From Octopus bimaculoides (taxonomy: Eukaryota): a stretch of DNA of 64,000 bases. Where the stretch lies: NCBI RefSeq assembly GCF_001194135.2, contig NC_068989.1:95553137-95617136 (forward strand), read 5' to 3'. Within the stretch, counting starts at the first letter, position 1, and every line of letters begins with the position of its first letter. Position numbers and translations under genes: made by a program. Shown here one piece after another: positions 53,924-64,000 of this stretch. The notes below the pieces were generated by a model. It had not been told where the DNA came from. It did no database searches and saw nothing but the letters and a program-made list of their open reading frames with translations.

Positions 53924-53999
53924 AACAGACAATGGTATTTTACAGCAAGATGATTCTTTTGACAAGTTGATGCTGCAGAATATGGCTCCATCAACAAAC
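53924..53999 (-). CDS. Candidate exon (K-FVDGAIFCSINLSKESSCCKIPLSV, phase 2 to 0)
   Basis: Acceptor atttgtacttcag, donor TT|GTATGT; phase fits the 49 kb candidate (a second frame is also open). Confidence 0.45.
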
Positions 54000-54137
54000 C
54001 TGAAGTACAAATCATTCTACACACATCAGCAATTCCACATGAAGAGCACAATTTTATTACATCACATAACACCCACATATGAAAGTATGTTGGCTGAATT
54101 ATTACCACATGCATGCTATACACACAGTACACACACT

Positions 54138-54181
<44 letters not shown>

Positions 54182-56162
54182 TGCCCTATCATGTACACCA
54201 GTAATATCACTTGAATGTGCATGTGTATACATACAAACCATATACACAAATGTATATACACTTCATCAACAGACCTAGTAGAATACTGAAATCACATCTG
54301 TTCCAGAAAATTTCATTGAATTTCATTTAAGATTTTCCTGACTCAGATGTTGGATCTTTTTCATATTAGTAATCACTTTATTTTACCAATCAAACTTGTT
54401 GCTATTAAACTCACATTAGCAAATGAAACATAAATATTCCTATTCTGTACTTATTATAGGATAAAGCAATCTAGGAATTTTTTCCATGTATTGTCATGGG
54501 TTGAATCTATATTTTCTATGCTAAATTAAAATACAGGTAAGAATGCTTTAATTTTTTTAAAGAAAAAAAAAAAAAGCATCAAAATATTTTCTGAGAAAAA
54601 AATCCTGTTACGCTAAAAGTTCCTTTTTATTTGTTCCTTTCACTTTCAACTTATTTTGCAGCAACGGAAAGGCCACCTGACAACCAGAACTAACAGCCAA
54701 ACTACATCAGTGTGTCCTTCCTTGGTGTTGGAGAAGAGTGAAGGCTGTGAAATAGCTCTTTCCTCTAGAACAAAAGAATGTAATAAAAAAATGAAGTTCT
54801 AAATACACACACACAAAATAGGTTTAGTGATCACAGTTACACTGCTGCAGACCATAGACATGCTTAATCAGGCTGACCTGGGGCTAAATGACAATAACAA
54901 CAACAGCACTGCAACTAAAACTGAAAGTGTCTTTTATTGAAATACATAACTATATGAGAAGTAAAGAGAACATGATATTAATATACATTGATGTAAATCA
55001 AAAGAAAGAGAGAGAAAAAAATACCCACAAAAATCTAAAAGTTGATTCTGTTACAAACATATTTCTGAACAATATTATTAAATTGTTAAAGGGATATTGG
55101 GGAATTTAGAACAACAATTATTACTTAGAAGACCATATTGATGTTTGAAAATGTTAGGCATTAAGAAATATTCCGTTCAAAAGTAAGAGAGGAAAAAAAA
55201 TGCTGAAACATATAATAGTAAGTAGTGAATAAAGATTTGCCTGTCAAATGTTATTATGTAAAAATCTGAGTAATCTGAAATAGTTTTGGTATATTTTAGA
55301 AGCGCTCCAAGCAGATGACAACTTAAAATAAGTGGAAGAGATAGCAAGGTACCATACTCAATAAGAATAAGAACAATCGCAAAAATGGTATGTGGAAAAG
55401 AAAAAAAAAATTAACAAAGTAGCTGATCAATAAAGAGGGTGAGGAAGAAAGATATCTATAAAAATCGAAGAAAATCCATTTATTGTTCCTATCAAATATT
55501 TCAGGTGACAAAAACAGATGAGTTCCAGTTGTAAGTTGAAAGAAATAGACAGTTAGTCCCTCAAGTATATCCATTATGGAAGAGAGTATAACTTTGTGGA
55601 ATGGAGACAAGCAGTTATTGTAAGAATACAACTGTCTGTGTTCATAAGAGCAAAAGAAAAAAATCTTTTGTTCTTAATCACTCATTTTAAACACTTTAGC
55701 ATACACAAGTATAGAAACTTGAGTACATAAAGACATTAGTACGCATGCATAGATAGTTTAGAATCATAATGCATGCATACATGCAAGAATATACTTATTA
55801 AAGGAAGCAAAGGAAATAAATTGGTGATAATGTATATTTTCATAGAGTTAATAAAGACACAAAAGAAAAAAAGAAAACAACTGAAGAGCTTTGGAAGAAG
55901 AACAATAGCAGAGAAAATTTAACCATTTGGGAACAAAGGTTACTTGAGTTTCGAGCTCAAAGAAGACATGACTGTCTTTATAAGATATAACAAGAAAAGA
56001 GATGTTATTAATTCTGAAAAAAATACCTAAAATTCATTCAAAATAAAAAATTTTCAAAGTGATCACTGCTTTCTTTGGCCTAATTTTGTAAATTAACTTA
56101 GTGGTCATCTAAGGATTTGTATTAATAAAACTTCTACTATTGTGAATATACTTCAATGAAGT

Positions 56163-56740
56163 ATCATCATCATCATCATCATCGTTTAACGTCCGCTTTC
56201 CATGCTAGCATGGGTTGGACGATTTGACTGAGGACTGGTGAACCAGGTGGCTGCACCAGGCTCCAATCTGATCTGGCAGAGTTTCTACAGCTGGATGCCC
56301 TTCCTAACGCCAACCACTCCGAGAGTGTAGTGGGTGCTTTTATGTGGCACAGGCATGAAGGCCAGTCAGGAGGTACTGGCAATGGCCACGCTCGAAATGG
56401 TGTATTTTATGTGCCACCTGCACAGGAGCCAGTCCAGCGATACTGGCAACAATCTCGCTCGAATGTCTTTTCATGTGCCCAAGTGCCAGGAAAGCAATGT
56501 CGGTAACGATCCCACTCAAATGGTGCTATTTATGTGCCCCCGGCACGGAAGCCAGACAGCTGGTGCTCTGGCACTGATCACGCTCGGCCGGTGCTCTTAG
56601 TGATTTACTGGTACTGGTGCCATCACAATTTTGCTTTCGCTTGAACCAACAGGTCTTTGCAATGAAAGAGACGTTGGCATGGGTGCCAGTCTACAAATTT
56701 AGTTCGATTTCGATTTCACTTGCCTCAACAGGTCTTCGCA
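56163..56740 (-). repeat. Long copy of the (ATG)n-tailed element with an internal array of about 63-bp units
   Basis: (CAT)n cgtttaacgtccgctttccatgctagcatggg..., then four degenerate units beginning tttatgtg at about 56338, 56405, 56468 and 56529. Confidence 0.85.
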
Positions 56741-57336
56741 AGCGGAGTTTATCTGAAGTATTTCTGAAGTTAATAATTTGAAACTAAAGTGTAAATGTAA
56801 CAAATATGAAGTTGTACTGAATCATTTGATGATTAAGTTTGGAAAAGGAAAAGGGAAAACATAAAGCCCTCGATTATTTATAATGCTGACTAAATCCCCT
56901 ATCCTGTCTAACACTACCACCTGGTCCTTTGGTGCTTTTAACAAAGCCTGTTCTGTTTGCAAGCATTCATTCCACAACTGTGGAAAACTTTCCTGCCCAG
57001 TCCATCATGCTTGAAGGTCTTGAAAAATGGTCACAGAAACTACCCTTCCTCTGCTGACTAATTCATGTAAGTAAATAAATAATAAATAAAAATGAAAAGC
57101 GACAGGTGTATTTAAAAATGAAAGCATTGATGCAAGTATTTCACAATCACCAGACTAAATGAAAAAAACCCCCCAAAAAAACAAACATATTCCAACAGAC
57201 AATTGACATAAATTGTCTCATTTCTAACATTTCAAATAATTTTCACAGGACACAAGGATATAAAAACTTATGTAACACATAAGAAAGCGATATTCTAGTT
57301 AGGAAAAACGACATGTTGTACTGCTTGGCATTCATG

Positions 57337-57665
57337 CCAGAAGCTCTATTGGCTTGCTGTGTCCCCAAAACATGTACCAAGAGTGATAAAAATCAAGTAT
57401 CCAGTCAACATCATGGTGTTTGGAGAGATCACTAGTGATGACAATGTTATGCTTCCATTCATCTTCCCACATGGCTTCAGAGTCAACATGGAGGCCTATA
57501 TCAAGTACTGCTGCCCTGGGTCAAGAGGATGGCTGCTGAAAGACCTTATGTCTGGCAACAGGACCCTGCACCATGCCACACAAGCAGGAGAACCTAATCA
57601 TGGCTGCCAGACCATTTCTGCTGCCACATCACCCCTAACATCTGGCCATCTAACTCCCCATGCTG
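57337..57665 (+). mobile_element. Tc1/mariner superfamily (maT/DD37D-like) transposase fragment
   Basis: KHVPRVIKIKYPVNIMVFGEITSDDNVMLPFIFPHGFRVN matches the VMK.K.P..VMVFG..S..G.VMPP..F pattern; a frameshifted continuation contains a QDSAPCH-like segment and WPSNSP. Confidence 0.75.
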
Positions 57666-57783
57666 CAAGGTATATATTAGAGGAAAAAGGATAATAAAAC
57701 CAAGGCAGGACAAGTTATCTCAAGTCATTTAAAATATTTAATTAGAGTAAGGTGAACTTGAGGTAATTAATTAATTGTTGGAA

Positions 57784-57859
57784 GTCTTACAGCTGTTTCT
57801 GGGATATCCCAAGTGATAGGTTAGCATCTCCATACACTGGGTATCCTGTCATCAGAGAC
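57784..57859 (-). ncRNA. Minimal type I hammerhead ribozyme motif (Penelope-type), stem II base probably decayed
   Basis: Minus strand reads GTCT-CTGATGA-CAGGATA...TATCCCA-GAAA-C-AGCT-G-TA-AGAC: both conserved core boxes, a 4-bp stem I (GTCT/AGAC), stem II (GGATA/TATCC), a 2-bp stem III with palindromic loop, and a GUA triplet. Confidence 0.75.
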
Positions 57860-60800
57860 AAGGTGAGTATGTATTAAAGTTCTAGATAGGGAATTCACAG
57901 TTTATAAGGAAAGCAGTAAACAGAAGAATAAAGAGTAAAACAGTAGATATTCTTTTATCTACTGTTTTACTACTGTTTAAATGACAAGTTAGATATATAA
58001 GTTAGAAGTGATTGTATACACCCACTTGCACTCATACATGTGAGTTGGGTGTGAGTGGGTGTACAAATGGGACAGAAACCCTGGGGCAAATCAATGCTTT
58101 GAGGTCTATATTGCTGTTAAGAGGGCTCTGATTACAGTGTGTGTAATAACTAAAAGCTCTCTCTCTCTCTTTCTTTGCATTTGTTTGAAGTTTCCATAGA
58201 TGGTCCTTTCTCAAATGAACTGCCTGCTAAACTGAATTCAGGAAGCGACCTCAACCACACACAGGCACACATTAACAGCTTTTGCTTATAACAAGATTTC
58301 ATTTACTTCAAGTGAATTCGTACTTCTACTTTGAAACTTATGGGAAAGTTGAATGACTATGACTGATAATGTAAAGAATTTTGTGCAAAACACGAAGTTG
58401 TTTCACTTATATAAAATGATATAAAAGATTTTAAACATTTTCATTAGTATTCTTCTATTTTGGGATATGCCTGAGAGTGGATTTCCATTTTTTCTTTTGT
58501 TAAGATGCATCTTTTTCAGAAAATTATAAAAGAAATAATGATATTATGCTAAATAAAAAATTCTTTTGATAAAGTAAATGAAATCTTCAAAAGGAAAGAA
58601 AAGATTTCTATTTTCTGTAACACAATAGAAGATATCTTGATAAAATTTAATTGCTGTGAAATTATCTCTGGCATGGACAGAGTGATGCCTTAGATTTGAT
58701 CCAATTAGTTCTGAAGTTAGTTATCTAACCTTTTTTGTTTTCAGATTCTAAAGGTATAAGAGTTGGAGAGGAAAGAATTCTAGAACATAATAAACATTTT
58801 TAAAATATGGACAACATAAAACTAAAAGTAATGTGATTAAAAAAAAATGATGATGTAGATTTTGTGGTTAAGGTATTGTTTGTGGATGGAGTTGTATTTT
58901 ATTGATATAGACATAATGTTAGTGATATTGAAGAAATATATTTGTGGGAAGGTATGTATATAAAAAAAAAATATTGCACAATATGGATTGTATAAGTAAA
59001 AGCACAACAAAGTCAAAGACCAATCTCTTCAGAAATGAGAAGAGCAGGTATGAGTGTGTAAATATATAAGGTGCAAAAAACATGACTAGGTGGCACAGTG
59101 TCATTAGGACACAGGTAAAGTATGTGTACTCACTTTTCTTTTAGATTACATCATGAACACACATTTAGATTTGAACTGAGAATATTAGGTATGAAAGACA
59201 GAATAACACAGAATTGACTTATAGAGAATATGACAATGTAATTTTTTACTATACTAACAAAATAAACATTAAAATGGAGACAATAAAATTGGGATGAAAG
59301 CTGATAAGTTGGGAGTAAAAAAAAACCTAGTAGTTCTCTAAAAGGAATTGAGAGTGATAGTAAATTTGGTATAATAGATTAGTCTAAAAATCAAAGATTG
59401 TTAACAAATTAGTACTAACCAGTTGCTAAAATAAATTTAATCAACTACACAAAACTAGAAGAAATAATGATGTTTTTTAGCAACAGGAGTAAAATAACCC
59501 CACAAAAGTAAATATTAGTCACTTTCAATAGAAAAGAGAAATGTTTATGAAATGGTTAATATATATGATGTACAATTTTTTTTAAGGAAGAATATAAGGT
59601 AAACAATAAAAGAATCGTGAAGTATATTTGCCACTTAAATGTGGCTAACCACTAAGGGTGAATGCTACTGTAGCTTGTAGCCCCGGGAGAACACCTTCTC
59701 CAGCTGGCTATTGACACACTTTCTGTGCCCTATCAGTATACCTCATTCAGAGATTTATTATATAATAAAAGAGTCCTTTCAAATTTAACTGGAGTGAACT
59801 TGTTAAAATAATTCATTGACGTATAAAAATAAATAAAAGCTTTATAAAGGCGATTTTTAGAGAAAGTAATATTAGTGCCTAAATAATATCTAGTTTTGCA
59901 CATGCAAACAAATTTTGTGATCAATATTTTATAACTAGAGATATTCCACAGAAAAGGAAAAAGTAAAAAAAACAAATTTTTTAACTATCAAAAAATACAT
60001 TATCAAATCTTGCTAAGTAGAATTTAATATTGAATACATTTTTATGAAAATTCAGTTTTCAAACCTAAGAAAGATGAGCAAAGAGATTTACTTTCAATTG
60101 TCAGTAGAATCCAGTATCAAAATGTATTATTTATTTAATTTTAAAATCAGTGTTTGTTTTTCATCATTTTATCTATTTATTTATTTTTTTGTATTAATAT
60201 CCAGAGGTTACTGTCTCTTAGGTCCAAAAGTGAACAGAGAAGTTAATAAATATTTACAAAATGATAAACAAGACCAGAAGAAATAATTTCATTATATTTG
60301 ACATTTTAAAGATATCTGATTCTCTGCATGTCTTCTGCAACTATTGAAAATAGATGAACTAGTTTGACTTTAGAGTAATTTAAGATAAATCTAGGAAAGT
60401 AGCAAATGTCAAACAGTAAGAACTGATTAAGAGCTCAAGTTATTTATCCTTTGCAGGGAATAAATACAATTTCTTTCTCAAACTATTATCAGTGTAATTA
60501 GTTGTCAGAAAACTTAACCTTTCATTCTTTCCACATTCTTGACTTAACTACTCGGGCAATTTTATTTATAGAACCGGAATGTTTTTAACAGGTTATAAAG
60601 TCAGATTACTAAGTTCAAATTCTTGAACAAGCTTATGCGTTGCATCCATATACGAGATACAATGCTATTCTTGCATCCTTAGTTCACAGAAAGATGCCAC
60701 TTCAGCATTAACAGCTAAGTATTAAGAAATGTATACTGACTACATAAAAATTGATCAGTTCTTATAAGACAAGTTAACGTTTCAGAACTGTCCCCTCTCT

Positions 60801-61273
60801 TGTGGCAAATTTAACCAGGAAATTTTTTATAAAGTATTGGAATTCATAAACAAAACATAAGAACTAATAATCTAGAAGAACAGTTTTGTGACATTCGGCA
60901 CTGGACACCAATGATTATTGATATAAACAAAGTAGGGTGTAACAGATATAGATATTTTAGTACTTCATTATATAGTCTTACACATTTCCAAACACATTAT
61001 AAGCAAGTAATTAATAAAACAAAACAAGAATAAAAAAGCAAACAAACAAGGAAATGGAAGAGTGACAGTTAATAATTATATTTGCAGCCATACCCTTTGC
61101 AAATGAGACACTGTGACATCAAAATTAACAAAAAATAAAGACAGCAAAGAATTTCTGTCTGTGAACAAGGCTTACACAGAAGAGAAGACATTAATTACAA
61201 TGTTTTATCAAATGAAAATACTCTTTCTTCTGCATCAAGACAAAAAGATGACCACTGAACAACAAAGAGCTAC

Positions 61274-61307
61274 TTGAGAAATTTGAAGAGAATATGACCC
61301 TTTGTGT
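61274..61307 (-). CDS. Candidate exon (D-TKGHILFKFL-K, phase 1 to 2)
   Basis: Acceptor ttgaatttttacag, weak donor AA|GTAGCT; chosen because it bridges the phases of the 63.0 and 54.0 kb candidates. Confidence 0.25.
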
Positions 61308-63012
61308 CTGTAAAAATTCAAGGAATTTCTTTTTTTATTTTCCATTTTATTTTATAAATGAATACTAATAGGCAACCTGATAGTTGCATGCTTTAAAAAA
61401 AACAAAAAAAATTGTAAGAGAAAAAAATTCAATAAAGATACAAAATTGAATTTAAATTAAACATAAAATGTTTAGTGATACAGTATTATCATATATATTA
61501 ACATAGTAGCAAGGATAAGATTTTATACAGTTCGAAAGATAAAGTAAAAACGGGATCAGTCGAGATATAAACCCCTTCTCTACTTCCACATTATTTGATT
61601 TAATGCACACCCTCTTTCCCATTCTTAGGTGGCAATGGAGGATTTGAAATTTAAACCTATCAGATTAAATACTTAGAAGAATATTGCTACAATAAAATTA
61701 GAACTTTGTTCCATGCAAATTATAATTTACTGCAAGTTGGCTCAATCTGTAAATCAGATATGAATTTAACAAATTTCTATTTATGGTCTGATCCCAAATC
61801 TTATAAAATATCTATTCATACATGTGTATGTGCAAAGGGCTTATATGTTTGTGTGTGAATATACATGCATATATGCATCCCCACCACACACACCATATCA
61901 ACTACTTTTAACAAGTGGTTTATTGATACACTGTTCTTTATTTTTCTTACAAGGAAGGTAAAATCAGTTTCTTAATATATACACTAATACTTTTAGCAAT
62001 TTTAGGGTCTTAGAATATTTATATGCTTCTTATTCTTTCCTATAGAATAAATAAAATCAATTCGATTCATGAAGCAAATGTGCAAAATAAAGAAAAAAAC
62101 CCCAGGATATGTTACCTGTTATTTAATGAATAACATACTTCTCTATTACTCGGAACTCTTTACAGTTTTCAAATACAATGTTTCACTTATACTAAATATA
62201 TTTTTGCTTTCTACATTGCAAATTTAATTAACTTGTATGGGAAGTTTCCTCATGAGCCAGTTCAAAGTGTATTATGGAGCTAAACCTTTGAGCAACTAAC
62301 TTAATAACACAAATCATTCCCCAACGACCTGACATGTATACCTTGACCTTTTCCACCTCCTTTTCTATCAATGCTCTTCTCTCTCAATCATATTCAGTCA
62401 CACATTATCTCCTGCAGAGAACCATTCTCCTTTTCTCAATTCTGAGCAACACTATCTTGATTACCTCACAAGTGTTACGTTGTTTTAGTAGAGAATATAT
62501 TGTCTATTAATAAGGTCCTCCAATATATGTTCTGCAAAGACATGCCGAGAACATAATATAGTGTAACAATACCTGAGTAAAAAAACATAAAACAGCCCCC
62601 CCCCCACACACACACACAAAGATCTGCACTACCATCTCTCATAAATAATTCGCTAAAATGTGAAAAAGTTCATTTTGCATTAAATAAATAAATGAAAATT
62701 CCATACATGTATGTGTGAGAGTATTTTGAAAAGAGTTCAATAACTGCAATAAAATAAATTGTGAAACATTGATAAGATATCCAGTTTATTTTCTTCAGCA
62801 AAGTAGATATCTTAATCTAGAATTGCTATTGTAATTAACTTCCATTTTAAAGCATAGAAGAGTTAAAGTTGAATAGCTTGTAAAAGATTATTTAATAGTC
62901 ATGTACTATTACTCTTTTCAAATTTGCTTGCGACTTCCAATTTCAGCTGAGTACATAACACCACAAAAGCAATCTGTAGCTACAATAGAATCAATTTTAT
63001 TCACAAGTATAC

Positions 63013-63059
63013 CAGAGAATGTGCTATCTTGCCATCTGTCACTTTCAATTAGTGAATTA
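63013..63059 (-). CDS. Candidate exon (NSLIESDRWQDSTFS, phase 2 to 1)
   Basis: Very strong acceptor tatttttttctttctatttttgcttttgtag, donor TG|GTATAC. Confidence 0.4.
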
Positions 63060-63701
63060 CTACAAAAGCAAAAATAGAAAGAAAAAAATATCATGATGAT
63101 GATGATGATGATAAAAACGCCAAAATCTGTATAATTGAAAAGAGATCACTAAAAATTATATTCTTGCTTGTTGCTTACTTTAAGTGGTGAGAAGTGTGAA
63201 ATCTATCTTGAATGGCATCGTTGATCAATAATTATTTCAATGCATTATTCTAATTGATAAAGATTGATTGAAAAGTAAGTGAACTATTAAAACTTTTCAC
63301 AGCATTAGTTCAGACCAAACAATTCCATCTCTGACATGCTATATTAAACTAGGATTACAGATGAAATGTAAATAGTTTCAAAATACCTATTTAATCAACA
63401 ATCCATCACTAAATTTAATAATACTTCATGACTTGTTTCCAATTCAGTAACAACGAAACTGACAAGAAAAAGAATTGTAAGGACTCTACTCAGGATGAAA
63501 TATACATTCTATATTGTAATATCTGTTAAAAGAATTATATTTCACTACTCACAAAATATATATTTTTTTAACTAATATCCACCATTCCACCACCATCTCA
63601 CTGCTGGGTACATTTTTTACTGTAACTGCAGGCCTTGAATATGGAATTTGTGTGTGTGTGTATATGTGTGTGTGTGTATATATGTGTGTGTGTGTGTGTA
63701 C

Positions 63702-64000
63702 ATCCCTTCAGGTAGATGGCCCTGCTCAGTATGTAGAAAAGGAGTAGGTAGTAACTCTATAAGATGTACCCGGTGCAAGCTATGGACACATAAGAGGTGC
63801 AGCAACATCAAAGGCAGGTTAACTAGCAAGTTAGTTTTTGTTTGTGGCAGATGTTCAGGTGCAATAAAGACTGCAAACAAACAGGAAACAACTTCTATCT
63901 CATTCCAGGGTGAAAAACTAGAGGTAGTCGATAGCTTCCGCTATCTGGGCGACCAAGTTAGTAGTGGGGGTGGGTGCGCTGAAAGTGTAGCTGCTAGAAT
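63702..64000 (+). mobile_element. Young 5'-truncated RTE LINE with a PHD-like finger; runs off the window end
   Basis: Uninterrupted frame IPSGRWPCSVCRKGVGSNSIRCTRCKLWTHKRCSNIKGRLTSKLVFVCGRCSG...GEKLEVVDSFRYLGDQVSSGGGCAESVAARI; FRYLG is RT domain 7. It begins directly after a (TG)/(TA) microsatellite. Confidence 0.9.

Noticed and set aside
57794-57862. Plus-strand exon-like segment (CFWDIPSDRLASPYTGYPVIRDK, AAG|GTGAGT)
   Set aside because: It is the antisense of the hammerhead-bearing repeat.

Overview
AT-rich, repeat-dense animal genomic DNA with four N-gaps (8467-8792, 13572-13581, 16996-17005, 23078-23177). The repeat families look like those of coleoid cephalopods, most likely Octopus; this is recognition from memory, not a database hit. 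No long intact cellular ORF is present. The recognisable coding remnants are transposons: a CR1-type APE endonuclease, three RTE RT/3' fragments plus a young RTE with a PHD-like Cys/His finger, Hero- and R4/Dong-like REL fragments, a Penelope GIY-YIG fragment, a TIR-bounded Tc1 relic, a maT/DD37D-like fragment and a 112-bp hAT MITE. Many tRNA-headed and (ATG)n-tailed SINE-like copies and microsatellites are interspersed. Manual splice-site reading gives a phase-consistent chain of small minus-strand exons from about 63.1 kb to 21.7 kb, plus one more candidate at 16.9 kb, so the window may be mostly intronic sequence of an unidentified gene (tentative). The most notable small features are a minimal type I hammerhead ribozyme motif (57784-57859, minus) and a 5S rRNA-derived sequence (15032-15142). 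I did not find a clearly novel multi-gene system.
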